Origin: Sphyrna mokarran | Lineage: Eukaryota | Assembly: GCA_024679065.1 (NCBI GenBank) | Contig: JAGIQG010000014.1 | Coordinates: 41,912,001-41,976,000, forward strand | Direction: 5' to 3' | DNA: 64,000 bases | Shown here: positions 22,432-36,338 of the stretch, one piece after another | How the letters are laid out: every line of letters begins with the position of its first letter | Position numbering within the stretch: the stretch's first letter is position 1 | The notes under the pieces: generated by a model | Told to the model about the DNA's origin: nothing | Databases searched by the model: none | Seen by the model: the letters and a program-made list of their open reading frames with translations, nothing else | Program-made: the position numbers and the translations under genes

Positions 22432-23387
22432 TGCAGTTGTTTACGATTTACATAGATGATTTGGAGTTGGCGATCAAGTAGATGGTGTCAAAATTTGCAG
22501 ATGACATTAAGATGGGTGGAAGAGCAAAGTGCGTAGAGGATGCTGAAAGTTTGCGAATACAGATAATCTAAGTGAGTGGGGCGAGGATCTCGCAGATGGA
22601 CTACAATGTTGGTAAATGTGAGGTCACCCATTTTGGTAGGAATAACAGAAAAATAGACTATCATTTAAATGGTAAAATTGCAGCATGCTGCTGGACAGAT
22701 GGATCTGGGTGTCCTTGTGCAGGAATCTTAAGGAGCTGGTTTGCAGGTGCAGCAGATAATTAAGGAAGCAAATGGAATTTTGTCCTTCATTGTTAGAGGG
22801 ATGGAGTTTAAAAACAGCGAGATAATGTTGCAGCTGTATAAGGTGTTGGTGAGGCCACATCTGGAGTTCTGTATGCAGTTTTGGTCTCCTTACTTGAGAA
22901 AGGGTATACTGGCACTAAAGGGGGTGCAGAGTAGATTCACTAGGTTGATTCCAGAGTTGAGGGGGTTGGCTTATGAGGAGACACTGTACTCATTGGAATT
23001 CAGAAGAATGAGGGGATATCTTGTACAAATATATAAGATTATGAAGGGAATAGATAAGATAGAAACGGGAAGTTGTTTTCATTGGCGGGTGAAACTGGAA
23101 CTAGGAAGCATAACCTCAAAATAAGGGGAAGCAGATTTAGATCTGAGTTGAGGAGGAACTTCTTCACACAAAGGGTTGTGAATCTGTGGAATTCCCTGCC
23201 CAGTGAAGCTGCTGAGTTGAATGTTTTTGAGGCAAGGATAGATAGATTTTTGAAAAGTAAAGGAATTAAGGATTATGGTGAGTGGAGCTGAGTCCACAAA
23301 AAGATCAGCCATGATCTTATTGAATGGCAGAGCAGGCTCAAGGGGCCAGATGGCCTACTCCTGCTCCTAGTTCTTATATTCTTATAA
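22432..23387 (+). mobile_element. CR1/HER1-type LINE 3' ~950 bp
   Basis: KFADD motif region, ORF 22741-23124 (LQLYKVLVRPHLEFCMQFWSPYL), RRNFFTQRVVNLWNSLP, and tail GGCCTACTCCTGCTCCTAGTTCTTATATTCTTAT. Confidence 0.92.
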
Positions 23388-23924
23388 TACCTGACAATAT
23401 GCTGCTGTGTGACTGAATGCTGATTATAGATAAGACCTAAATCAGGTATTTACATATTTATAAGTTCATAATAAAATCTAATATCGTTAAACCTGTGGCA
23501 TGTGAAATAGTGAGAATGATATTGTATTTATAGAGCTATTTTAAATTTGAAGCTAAGTCAATAAATAAAATAAATGTCACTTGTGCAACAATTTCCATTG
23601 GTTTTAATGAAGTAAAGTATAGGGAATGATGAATTGTCACAAAGGACAAATAATATAAGGTATTTTAAATGGATAGCTACTGGTTACAAACCTTTAACAG
23701 ACTGGCTGTAAATCTCCTGTTAACAGAGTTTGATTATGATGAAAGAGTTATGTTATCATGCTGAATATATTTTGCACTCTGGTACATTTTTCTAGTTAGT
23801 GCATTCATCTTTCGCTCTTAATTTTTCTCGCGGTTTCATATATCCTAGATATTGCCAAGCTTACTATATTTCAGGAGAGCATTGTGGTGATTGATATAGA
23901 CCCAGCTTTTACACCTGTTCTTCT

Positions 23925-24240
23925 AAAGTTAAAAATTAAAGTTCATTTATTAGTCACAAGTAAGGCTTATTATTAACACTGCAGTGAAGTTACTGTGAAA
24001 TTCCCCTAACCACCTCACTCCAGCACCTGTTCGGGTACACTGAAGGAAAATTTAGCGTAGCCAATTCACCTAACCAGCACATCTTTCAGACTGTGGAAGG
24101 AAACCGGAGCACCTGGAGGAAACCCAAGCAGACACATGGAGAACATGCAGACGCCACACAGTGACCCAAGCAGTGAATTGAACCTGGGTCCCTGGTGCTG
24201 TGAGGCAGTAGTGCTAACCACTGTGCCACTATGCCACCCT
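23925..24240 (-). mobile_element. HE1/V-SINE-type SINE, full length (second tail type)
   Basis: Complete head, V-domain and tail on the minus strand. Confidence 0.9.
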
Positions 24241-25139
24241 GGCATAAATGGCTTGTTCAAATAGTGGTGGTGATGATGCATTTGTGTCCACTGTTATTTT
24301 AACATTGCTGATTTTGAATTAGGGTGAGGCACCACAACAGCCAGGCATGTTCATTAAAAGTGTAAAAGTTAGCTCCAGTGACGTTACCTGGAACCCATTA
24401 CGATTTTAACTGAAGATCACCTTAAGCTGACAATACAAAAAGGGCAGGATTGCTATATTCAAGCTACTGAAACTCAGTAAAATAAATCAGCAGTAGCTCC
24501 ATGGTTCAGAGGTTCATTTTGCTGTCCAGTTTGTTAGGAGCATTTCCAGCTTTCAGATTGCTTTCACACATTTTTTTGTTCCTGTCACCTTCAGTGACTT
24601 CAGCTATGAAGGCTCTTATTTTACTCTCCAGATGTATAAGGCTTCAACATATAATGCAAGAGCTGAGGGGTGGTGATGTTGCGAGGTGAAATGAGGATGG
24701 AGAGATGATATATTTCAAGGGAATTGTGTGCAATATGAAGAGAGTATGGAATGGTGATACTGGCAATGTTAACTCTTTCAGCCACCATTATCTAGGTCAG
24801 TTTCATTGATTCTCTTTTGGCTACTGGAGGACAATTTTTTTGGATCTTCACGAATGCATTCAGAAAGCAGGGACAAGCCCTTTGAATCATCAGTCACTAC
24901 AACAAGATTAGTCAAGCTTGCTATTAGAGATGGATCCCTGCCTTAAATAAACCTTGGGAGTTACAATGGTGATTAGGATGACTGCCGATTATTAAAACAA
25001 AACTTGGTTTTAACATTGGCCTCGGCCTGATACTGGCAATGTCATTAGGGCACATCATTCATCCTACTCCGTAAAACTGGGCCTCATATCCTCAGGGCAA
25101 ACCATTATTTTGTCCTAGACTTATGGATAAATTTCACCT

Positions 25140-25520
25140 TTCTAATTTAGGTCTGCTGTCAAAATGTTCGCCAATTAAATGATAAGTTCATGCCATCAAA
25201 GTAATAAAGATGTTCTCTCTAACTGAAATATAAACTGCACTTCCTGAACTTAATCAGGGTAACTGGAAAAGTTGCCAAGGGCAATAAAGTCCTTTAACTA
25301 TCAGTTATATGCAAGTAATTATTTTAAGTTGAGGAGGAATAAAAAAATCTACAATAAATACATTACCCATATAAGATGGGCAATGCGTTTTAATCCCTTT
25401 TCTCTTCATTGATGACATTAGATGCAATACATTTTATTTAAATGATTATCTGATGTTTCCACCTGAGAAATGTTATGACAGCAGAGTCTATTCTGAGCAC
25501 TTTGAGATTGCCATTCTCAC
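25140..25520. promoter_or_regulatory. Candidate conserved non-coding element
   Basis: Unique block with CTGTCAAAA, CAATTAAATGAT, CATCAAAG (TCF/LEF) and TGACAG motifs. Unverified. Confidence 0.3.
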
Positions 25521-27593
25521 CTTTTTCAAAAGCTACTTGCAATGAAATTTGCGCAATTTTAAAACATATATATTATTTCTCCTCCATGCTTTGCAGCTTG
25601 TGCCTCTAAGACTTTTTGAGCCAAAGTAGCCTTTTCTATTTTGAAGAGACCCCCACAATTTCTTCATGACAAGACAGCTGAAAATTACATTTGAAATGCC
25701 ACAATAGGATTGGTCGTGAGTTAGCAAAGTACATGCCAAGACCAAAAAAGTTTTGTGTGGTTTCTTGTCAGTAAACCAATAACTGGTCCAACCTGTAGCA
25801 TTGCCTCCTTGGAATGATAATGTATTTATGGATTATTGGAAATTGTTCTCAAATGTGTAAATACATTTATTACACTTATTAGACTCTACCTAATGATTGC
25901 AGAAAGACTATGATGTAAATTTGCGCTTTAGGTAATTTAGATATAAAAATTGAGAATTGAAATATTCTGTTTAAAATCAATGAAAACTTGATTGCAATAT
26001 AACTATGTTCTCATGAAAAATATTTGATATGGAAAGGGCTGTCAAACTGGGGTATGCAGACTCTCCTAGATGACCTGTGACACGGTCTGATTATAGGTGG
26101 GTGGCATGTGCAACTTCTCAGAGCACTGCAGTCAAGAGAGGATAGCAGCCAGAAGCATGTACTGTTCCCCAGGTTCCCTGCTCTATCTGACCCTTAGCTT
26201 TCTCTGGGCTCTTACTCTGTGCATGCTTCTACTCTCACATTCATATGCTTCCTAATTGCTCCAGCTCTGCCCCAGTCTCTAGTACTTCTTCCCTGTTTTA
26301 TGTGCTCCTGTCAAGGATGGACAGACTCTATAGTAAGAGGCTGACTCACCCATCTAACTGAAATCAGTAAGTATCTGTTCCTTACAAGCATGATGGAAAT
26401 ACTTTCTTCATGCGACGTTTTTAATTATGAATATTATATAGTATTATAGGTTGACTGACAGTTTTTGTTTATTACCCCATTTTAAAAGGAGTCTGCTAAG
26501 CAAATAATGTGGGACCACTGTTGTGTGGTACTGGTCACAATGCACATAATTCATGACTGTAAAGTTTTCAGTCATGAATTTTACCCATATAATTTGTCTC
26601 TGATCACAAACATGATTATGCAACAGCTTTATCTTTGCAAGGAATGACCAAATAGCAGTACTGCATTCTTACGTTGATTATCCTCTGGTGTCTCGCATTA
26701 TTTGACTTCCTCCTTGTTATCTTTTGTATCACGAAGACAAATTGTGTGTCCCGCATAAAGTTCTTATATTAAGATTTTGCCTTTGTTGGTACTTTTTACA
26801 AAATTACACTTAGGGAGGGATTTTCTGGCACTTCACACTGAAGGGATCTTCTGGTCCTTTCAAAGCACCCGCCCCCCACCTCCACCACCACCACCCTTCC
26901 ACCAGGAAGTCACACAAAATGCCATCAACCTTAGTGGTACTGGAAGATCCAACTGGTAGCCAATGGCAAGCCACCTCAGCACAAAGGGGGCATGGAGAAA
27001 TGACACCCTCAATTGTTTTGTACCAGATTCCTTGTCCCTTTGCTTTTAAAGAAATGGGATAGTGTTTCTGTTGACAGTGTAAAATACATTTTTTTTTTAA
27101 AAGTTCATTTACAGAATGTAGGTGTCACTGGCTATTATTCATATCATGCACAGGTCTATCACGCACAGGTCTACCTGTACTCCAATTTTAAGAGAGAGGG
27201 TTTTGCTATTTCTAAAAAACAGTATTGATTTCCTTAACTGTCCACTGAAAGAAAGAAAGAGAAATACTAACTGGGAACAGCATTTTCAACACATGAATAT
27301 CCTTGGGTGGGAAAGTGGTATGGAAGGTGGTGCCAAAGATTGAGGATTTGCTGAACTTGAAACAATACTAATTGGCTCGCTATTCAAACAAACATCCTGT
27401 GGCAATGAAACTCCTTCAACAAGCCAGAACTACTTATGATTTTCATTTTAATTTTATCACAGCCAACTTAGTGTTCAGTTCTCAAGTCAAGTATCAAAAT
27501 GGCACTTGTAAAAAAGATGGTAGTTAAAGATAGTGCCCTGGGACCAGCCATTTTTAGTTGCTTCATCAATTATGTTCTCGCCATCATAAAGTC

Positions 27594-27950
27594 AGAATCC
27601 ATAGAATTCCTATATTGCGGAAGGAGACCATTCAGCCCATTGAGTCTACATTAATAACAATCCCACTCAAGCCTTGTCCCTTATATTAAAGGCAATTCCA
27701 CCTAGACCTTTTCCCTGTATCCAAAATTATTTACCCCACTAATCCCCTTAACGTACATATCTTGGGACACTAAGGGCAATCCCCTAACCTGCTAATCTTT
27801 GGAGTGTGGGGGGAAACTGGAGCACCTTGAGGAAACCCATGTTGACATGGAGAGAATGGGCAGGCTCCACACAGGCAGTCACCTGAGGCCAAAATTGAAC
27901 CTGGGTCCCTGACTCTGAAGCAGCAGTGCTAACCATTGTGCCACCATGCC
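27594..27950 (-). mobile_element. HE1/V-SINE-type SINE nested in a LINE RT domain
   Basis: Full SINE; the LINE sequence resumes on the other side; GAAT on both flanks. Confidence 0.88.
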
Positions 27951-28304
27951 ACTCATGAATTGGGAATGTTCACTGATGATTGCACAATATTCAGCGCTAT
28001 TCACAACTCCTCAGGTACTGAAGCAGCCATGTCAGCATGTGTCAAGAGCTGGACTGTTTTCAGGCTTGGCTAAAAAATGGCAAGTATCATTTATGTCACA
28101 TAGATGCCAGGCAATGACTGTCTTTAATTAGAGAAAAAAAACTAGACATTACTGCTTGGTGTTCAGTAGCATTATAACTGCTGAATTCCCCACCAGCAAT
28201 ATCCTTGGGAGGGGTGGAGTGGGGGGCAGGGGTTGGTGGAGGGGGTTACTTTGACCATAACTGAACTGATGAAGCCATATAAATACTGTGGCTGCAAAAG
28301 CAGG

Positions 28305-28557
28305 TGAGTGGAGGAAAGTTCAAAGACGATGTGAGGGACAGAGAGTAGAAGGTGTGTGGAACACAATGCCGGGAAAGGTGGTGCAGGCAATGCAATAGGG
28401 ATGTTTAAGGGGCTTTTAGATAACACATGAACATTCAAAGAATAGAGAGATATGGACCAAGGACAGGCAGAAGGGATAGTTTATTTTGGTGTCATGTTTG
28501 GCACAACATTGTAGGCCAAAGGACCTGTTCCTGTGCTGTACTATCCTACGATCTATG
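28305..28557 (+). mobile_element. CR1 3' tail nested in the LINE
   Basis: Ends GGCCAAAGGACCTGTTCCTGTGCTGTACTATCCTACGATCTATG. Confidence 0.7.
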
Positions 28558-31477
28558 AAAGGAATGCTATAGTGAGTGACTCATCACCTGACTTCCCAAA
28601 GTCTGTCCACCATCTACAAAGCACAAATCAGGAGTGTGATGGAATGTTTTCCATTTGCCTGGATGAATGCAGCCCTAACAACACCCAGGAAGCTCAACAC
28701 AATGCATAAAGCAGCCTGCTTGTTTGACACTACATCCGCTTTATTGAAAGTTAATTCCCCCCACCACCAAATCACAGTAGCACAGTGGGTATCAGATAAA
28801 TGATGTACTGTAGCAACTACCAAATGCCCATGACCCTTCTCACTTTGAAGAACAAGAGCAGCAAATGCATGGGAACACCATGACTTGCAATATCTGTATT
28901 ACCACCCATCCCAAGCTTCACACCAACCCAACTTGGAACTGTATTGCTATTCAGTGTCACTGTGTTAAATCTTGGAACTCCCTTCATGAAAGCACTGTGG
29001 ATGTATTTGCACCACAGAGACTGCAGCAGTTCATGAAAGAGGGTCACCACGACCTTATCAAGGACAGTTAGAGATTGGCAACAAATGTTCACATCCCGTG
29101 AAAGAGTGAAAAAAACAAATGCACAGCTGTGTTCCTTGTATTGGAATTTCTGGCATATAATTCTTTTGTAAGAGATGATGCCAGAAAAAGCTATGAAGTA
29201 AATGTATTTTTCTGACTACACAATAATATGGCTAAGCATAATCTAATTTTAACAGATTTACAAAAACTTTCTAAAAAAAAGATGTAACACAGTTCAACTT
29301 TTGCTGGCATACCTCCGCCTTCTCAAATGTAGTTAGGAATGAACAACAAATGCCGACCTTGCCAGCAATACTCACATCCTCTGAAATAATGAACATAAAA
29401 TTAGCCTCGAAGGAGAAACAAAAATCCAGAACATAGTTGTTCTGTTAAATAAAGATGCCTGTGTGACTAAATAATTATTTAAAACACTATTAAAAAAGAA
29501 TGTTATGATGAAGAACCTGTTTAATATTAATAGTTTAAGCCAAAATAATTCAAAGCAGCTAAACAGGGATAAATGTTGAAAATGGCCTTTGGGTTACTCC
29601 GTATGTCTTTTTTTTCAAATGAAATGTTGAGTGGGAATAGTTTAGGAATTGTCAGCATTGTGGGGAATAAGCATTCCAAGAAGTCGGTGATAAACATGCA
29701 TATGGGACTTTATTAAAATGCTAATTCATATTGACTTTTTATAATCAAATGCAATCAAAAGAATACCTTAAAAGTGAGCTTTGATTGAAATGTCACTAAG
29801 TATCACATTATTGTTAAAAAGATGCTCTTTGCTTCACAAAATTAGAGGGAAATATTTATACTGCCTTTAAGGGATAACTGTGCGAATATGGAAATATGTT
29901 CTGATTTACAGATTTTTATTAAGTTCATTAAAATATACATTTCTCAGTTATTGGAAAAATATAAGTATTTTCTAAGGCTTGTTATATCAAATTTAGTGAT
30001 AAAAGAAAAACTTATTTGGTTGCACAAATTGTGCACACTTCTTCATAACCCTGGACTTTCAAAGGCACTTTGGACTGACGGATTTCAAGGAGGAATGATG
30101 AGTGAGGTTATGAAATTTATGTTTTTTAAGTTAATAAGAAAGATCACTGGTTCAGTGGGTTTACAAATTTTAAAGAAACTAAATCCAAAATTTTGAAGGA
30201 CTGAATGGACTGGAATGTAGGGATGTAAGCAGGTTACCCAGCTTAATTTGCGATGACAAAATTAAAAAAGTACATTTAAAAACCTTTGGTGAGATTAGAG
30301 GTGACTTTTCTTTCCACGCATAGATTTATGAAGTAGACTTTCAGAGGTAACTAATTGTGAACTCCAAAAGGAGTCGAAGGAAAAAGATTGGCTAAAGGTT
30401 ACATAGGTAAGTTTAGATATGGGTAAGTGAATGATCAACCCTACATGAAACACAATATATAATGCAACATAATGGGACCATGGGAATATCCTTAATGAAA
30501 TGCAACTGCCCAAGTAGATTGTTCAGATAATTAAAACAGCTTAGCACAAACATAGTTTCACAGTTAGATTGGCCATATGGATTCTTGCTACTTGTAGGCA
30601 TTTCCTGAACAGGAAACATATATATACATGTATATTTTATATATATATGAACACAAGTGAGTCAAATGATGATGTAATGTAAGGGTTATGTTCTGTAATG
30701 TGGCTATCGAGCAAGAAATGTATTTTCATTATAAAGCAAGTGCATATCTCATTTTTTTTTGAGAGCACAGTATTTTCAAGGGATGTATGTTTTTCAAAAA
30801 AAGGTTAGTCATTGGTTGTAATCAGTTCTTGCCCCAAAATCCCAGCGTACTCAATTATAACCTGAAGCAGAGATTTTTTTTCTGAATCACCATCATTTTA
30901 GATTGTTAATAAAGTCCAGCTGGATTTGAAAACAGGGGTGAATGATGACATTCTCCTGCAATACTTAATCTACTTGAAGACAAAATCTTTGTCTATCCAG
31001 GGGAGGCAATACTTACACCTTTATAATATGCTCAGTATTTAAATCCAAATCTTGACGAGTCTCGAGACAATATTTCGTGACCATGAATAGCTTTACTTAC
31101 TCACTTTTGACAGTATGGGTGACTTATACATACTAACAGACTTTGTGAGAAAACCAAGATATGAATCAAAGAAACAATATCCTTTATATCCAAGTACTTG
31201 GATCAATCTACATTAGATAGGGCAGATTTTCTTCCCCTCAGCTTCACTTATGCCATAAACAATCATGTAGAAAAGCAGACATGTAAGAACAGAAATAGAA
31301 TTGAAGCACAGCATGTTTGCAACTGTGAAGATAAAAAGTAAATTGCTGTAAGATTTCACAATATTGTAAAGATGCATTAACTTTTGTTAGGAAAAATGTA
31401 CAGTTTTTTAAGTTGAATGTTATATCTATAATATATGCATGCATATATATAAATATAATTTTTGCATTGAGCTTAAA

Positions 31478-31555
31478 GTTTCTTTAAAGCTTATTTATTA
31501 GTGTCACAAATAGGCTTACATTAACACTGCAATGAAGTTACTGTGAAAATCCACT
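31478..31555 (-). mobile_element. SINE tail fragment (second tail type)
   Basis: TTTATTAGTGTCACAAATAGGCTTACATTAACACTGCAATGAAGTTACTGTGAAAATCC. Confidence 0.8.
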
Positions 31556-32388
31556 AAGTTAGGATGGTTTCAGTTTCATTTGGGTTTTTCACATGAGCCT
31601 TGGTGCCTAGAAGTCATGCCGGACTTGTGGCAGAAAGGTCAGTTTTTTTCTTTGGCTTTAGTTATATGTAATATATATGTATAAATGCACATTTTACATG
31701 AAGTTTTATAAGCTATAAAGTTAAAGAGGTGAGTTGAAAAGGGATCAGAAGTCTGGTGACTTTGGAAAAAATACAAAGTAGAAAACACTTGACCGTTGTC
31801 GAAAGACAGTGCTCAAGTGTCACAGATACAGAAAAAGACAAGAACTGAGGGACAGCTTAGTAAGTAGTTGTCACAGAGTGAAGTCAGGAATTTTAAGTTT
31901 TCTGATGAGGATTACTACAAGGCCATTGGGAGACTGAGTGAGGAAATGCTTGTTTTTACCCTGCAATTGAAACAATATTAGTTCAGAATGCAGTTCCCAG
32001 TGTCTCTGGGAGAGATACCAGTTAGTTTTGAAAAGCTTCGAGTGAAAAATAGTGGGAGAAAACCATCTGCAACTGTACCAGCTCAAGCAATTGCCCTTGA
32101 TGTCATGCTAGTGGTAAATCTTCACTGGTGTATGTGGAGATATTGCTGGGATAAAGGAATATTGGGAAATTAATTCACATTAACATGTTTACATGGAGAT
32201 CTTTCCAACCTTTCTGCCTGATGTAAAATAGTTTTTTTGTTTTAATAAATATTAAAAGTAAATCAGATTCCTGTGAATTTGATCAGTAACTTTTTTCCAT
32301 GGTTTCAATGAAATATTGGGAATTATCAAGCCAGATTTCACTTTGGGATCTGTCTTGTCAAGTATTAACATCAACTGGAATCATAGCA
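31556..32388 (+). mobile_element. Probable solo LTR (Gypsy-type), decayed
   Basis: AATAAA at ~32244 followed by a U5-like end GGGATCTGTCTTGTCAAGTATTAACATCAACTGGAATCATAGCA, similar to other ...ATCATAACA ends; 5' boundary uncertain. Confidence 0.45.
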
Positions 32389-32962
32389 CCATGGCTCACA
32401 AATCCCTGCTTCCTGGTTCTCCAGTGTCACATTTAGGGCAGTAATGTGTTGGGGAGTCCCTCTAGGCGGTTCCCACAAAAGAGTTTACTTGGCAATTGTC
32501 CAGAAGCACAAACTTCCCCTGGATCATTGCACTGGCTGGGAACCATCCAATAGAAACAATTTAAATCGCTAACTTTGGATGGCTCTGCCAGTTTTACTCT
32601 GATAGTTATGACCCTGAAAGAGTTAAAAAAAAAACTCACTTCAACCTCCAGGATAACTATTTAAACAGCCAGACCCAGCCTCGCATAGGATCCCGCACAC
32701 ACGACTTTCTAGTGGATCCTCCACAACATCCCCATGTCCAATCCAAGTCCATTCTCCTGATCTGATCTAAATTCCCACTTCTAGTCCAACCTGACCTGAC
32801 CCTACCTGCTCACACTCTCACCTCCACTCCCTTCCTTCTGATTTCCCTGCTGGTCTTTTCTGGCCTGGCCTACCATCCCACCCACTCTAACCACATCATC
32901 CCAATCTCACCCCTCACCCAGCATGCCACCATTCGACTTCCTGGTCTCTTTCCCACCCTCCC

Positions 32963-32964
<2 letters not shown>

Positions 32965-33024
<60 letters not shown>
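32965..33024 (+). repeat. Pure (CA)n microsatellite, about 30 units
   Basis: Directly visible. Confidence 0.97.
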
Positions 33025-33025
<1 letters not shown>

Positions 33026-33310
33026 TCCAATCCCTCCTGATTTCCACCCAATTGTCTGAACTGCTTGCCTTTGAACTTTACCTTCTCCCTTTAAATTGAC
33101 CTTTTAAACATGCCCTTTACAGTAGCTAATGCTGTAAAAAAGGGGTGTTCCTTTTCTTTCCTGTGCCCCAATTACTCCTAGCTGACGCAGCAGGGGTGAG
33201 CTTTGCCGCTCCTGTCTCTCCCAGCCTGAGAGTACAGGTTGGCTGAGACAGGGGTTTTGGAATTTCAGTGTCGGTCAGTCCATCCGGAGTGGCAATCTGC
33301 TGGAGACCGT

Positions 33311-33437
33311 GACCAGAATTTTACCGTCCCGGCAGCCACAGGAATCATAGCAGGCAAGGGGTGGACTATGGAAAGGTCTGTTAACCTCAGTTGGGATTTT
33401 TCAGTTTTGGGATGAATGAAGCTGTAAAATCCCACCC
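33311..33437. mobile_element. 127-bp MITE
   Basis: CGT|GACCAGAATTTTACC ... GTAAAATCCCACCC|TGT; flanks compatible with a 3-bp duplication after CpG decay; internally similar to 21906-22036. Confidence 0.7.
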
Positions 33438-34192
33438 TGTCACTCTGAGGAAGTTTATGGGCCCTTGTATTTGAAAAGATCAAGTTTTATAGTGCAATAT
33501 TGTATTTTATTTCCTTGTACATCGCTGCCAGTACATAAATGATTCTGTTAAAAGTCTAGACAGGAATAAAAAGTAATCAAGCTTTACATGAAAATATATA
33601 TTTCACATACCAAATTGTAATGCAAAGTAAGATTATTTGATAACTTTCAAATGCCATAATGTGTGATATCAAGTTAAACCAATTATAGCCAATCTATTTA
33701 AATATTTTAAAAATCATAATTTGAACATTTATTTTCTATGCTATGTTATTTAGTTTTTCTTATTCAGCTTGTTGAACAGTATTATATTCAAAAGCAGAAG
33801 AGGACCTTCTTTGATGAGATGGTGCCCAGGAAAGCTTGCTTATATGTCTGACACAGAAAAAGTCCACTCACCATGATATGCACATGCTGATACTTAAGCT
33901 GCACATTAAACCAAATCTCTTCATCTAATTTTATCAGCATAATCTTGTGTTTTTTTTCTCACTCATGTCTATCAAGCTTTAGCTCAAACATCATTCTACA
34001 GGTACTTTGGTGCGCCTTGTTGTCGATGGGAGATACGTTCAACCTCAGAAGATTCGGAAGCCCCAATGATCTGGACCAGTATTTTCAATTGCCAAGTTCA
34101 AATCATTTATATAAATGGTGAACAATATGGGTTCCACGTCCGATCCATCTGGATCATCTCTTCCCATCTTTTGCCACTTTAAGAATCTATCC

Positions 34193-34500
34193 TTAGAACC
34201 TTAGAATGCTACAGTGCAGAAGGAAGCCATTCAGCCCTTAGAGTTTGCACTGATCCAATCTGCATTACCCCATACATTTACCATGCCAGTTCCCCTGACA
34301 GTATGGGGTAATTTAGCATGGCCAATCCGCCTAACCCGCACATCTTGGACTGTGGGAGGAAACTGGAGCACCTGGAGGAAACTCACGCAGACATAAGGAG
34401 AGTGTGCAAATTCCACACAGACAGTGAACCAAACCAAGAATTGAACACAGGTCCCTGTCCTGTGAGGCAGCAGTGCTAACCAACTGTGCCACCGTGCCAC
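34193..34500 (-). mobile_element. HE1/V-SINE-type SINE, full length
   Basis: Head GTGGCACGGTGGCACAGTTGGTTAGCACTGCTGCCTCACAGG on the minus strand, V-domain and CR1-like tail. Confidence 0.9.
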
Positions 34501-34519
34501 ACGTCCTTATTCTCTATTA

Positions 34520-35600
34520 TGGTCTGAAGTTTCAGGATGGTGAGTGTTCGATGTGGGAGAGCTGGGATAGAGAGCCAGTGGTTGATGGAGACCGGGGAGA
34601 TTAACAAAAAGGCAAAGGGAACATAAATGATGATGATCATGGCTTAGAAGGGTGTTGATAGTAGCCCATTAAGAGGTCAGAATGTGTAAACGGCAGAACA
34701 AGTTAAAAGAGTGTCAAATGACGACCTAAGACATGTAACAGATGGCCCTTGTGATGTGGGGTGAGGGGAGGGGAGACAGTGATAAAGGAAAAAGGTGGAA
34801 AGCAAGATTATAAAAAAATGAAACAGTAGAAGAATTTTTTAAAAAATGATGGGAATGGAGTGAAGGTAGAGAAGAGAGTTCATAACTGAAATTGTTGAAT
34901 TCAGTGTCAAATGTAGAAGGCAATAAAGTGCCCAATCAGAAGATCAGATGCTGTTCCTCCAGATTGTGCTGGGCTTCAGTAGATCATTGCAACAGGCCAA
35001 GAATGGACATGGGAGCAGGATGGTGTGTTAAAATGACAAACAACAGGAAGGTCTAGGTCCTGTTTGCGGATGGACCGAAAGTATTCAGCAAAGCGATCAC
35101 CCAGTCTATGGTTGGTCTCTCCAACGTAGAATAGGCCACATTGGGAGCAGCGAATACGATGGACCAGATTAAAGGAGATGCAAGTGAAGCACTGCCTCAC
35201 CTGAAATGAATGTTTAGGCTCTGGGATGGTGAGCAAAGAGAAGGTAAAGGGGCAGGTGTTGCACTTTCGACGATTGCCGAGGTGTTGGGTGTGGTGGAGG
35301 AATGAACCAGTGTATCCCAAAGTTGTCAGTCCCTGCAAAATGCTGTTGGGGAAGTGAATGGAAGATGTGTTTGATGGTGGCATCAAGCAGGAGTTGATGG
35401 AAATGGTGGAGAATAATCTTTTGAACATGGAGGCTAGTGGATTGAAAAGTGAGGACAAGGGGGATCCTATCCTGGTTCTGGGAGAAGAGGAAGGTGTGAA
35501 AGCAATTCTGCGGGAGATGGTTCAGACACAGTTGAGAGCCCTGTCAAATACAGTGCGCGGGAAGCCACGATTAAGGAAGACATATCATCAGCGCCATTTT
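34520..35600 (-). mobile_element. Penelope-like retroelement fragment (end of RT, GIY-YIG endonuclease, 3' region)
   Basis: ORF 34976-35458: FTCISFNLVHRIRCSQCGLFYVGETNHRLGDRFAEYFRSIRKQDLDLPVVCHFN is the PLE GIY-YIG domain, preceded by CNTC linker cysteines. Confidence 0.9.
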
Positions 35601-35609
35601 GGAAATTAG

Positions 35610-36338
35610 ATCATTTTTCACTTCCCCATGTCATATACTATCTGCCATTTTCCTGCCCAGTTGCATAACCAGTCTATATGTTGTGAATGTTTCACTGGTC
35701 AGATACACTCAGCGGCTTGGAAATGGTCTGAAATGCATTTCTGGGTGTGATCAGCCCCAAAGTGCAATTTCACACTGGTTGGCCAATTAGTGGCCGTCAC
35801 ATGTGTACTGCTGTCTGTTAACAGCTGAGCGCTGCTGGGGAGGATAGCACAAGGAGAAGAAAAGAGACCGTGAAGACTCCGGGTTCTGGTGTGCTCCCTC
35901 AGGGCACATCCTCTGCAGAGCACTCTTAGGGAGCTGCTGACCCTTGAAAAATAAATATCCATGTTGAAGCTATGGCACATGTGTCTGGACAGCACAATCA
36001 CATGGACACACCTCAACCCCCAGATAGATTTGCTGGTTTTGTTTGAACTCTGAACTTTAATCATGCCTTGGATAGAGATTGCCACTTAAACATAAAGGGC
36101 GGCTTGCCAATGAGCCCCATCCGCCAACTATAAAGACAAATTGGCAACATAAAATCCAAGTCAATTGCTGGTGAATTGATTAACTCAAATTGGCTTCCTT
36201 ATTTGTCAGTGGGTGTGCTTCTGACTTGTGTGTGCCATCCAAAATATCGCACAAGTTCATGATAAATTCGGGGTGCCCACCTAAGGTCACGCTTTTGGGT
36301 TGGCCAATTGCCCAAATTTTATACCTAAAATTCTAGCC
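35610..36338. mobile_element. Decayed non-autonomous DNA transposon (Harbinger-like)
   Basis: Ends in AAAATTCTAGCC, the same terminal motif as the MITE family; 5' boundary uncertain. Confidence 0.4.

Larger units (their letters stand above)
27525..29112 (+). mobile_element. CR1-group LINE RT/3' region (tRNA-headed family) with two nested insertions
   Basis: SALGPAIFSCFIN before the nested SINE and GMFTDDC after it; LSTIYKAQIRSVMECFPFAWMNAA (ORF 28576); tail AAGGACAGTTAGAGATTGGCAACAAATG. Confidence 0.8.
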
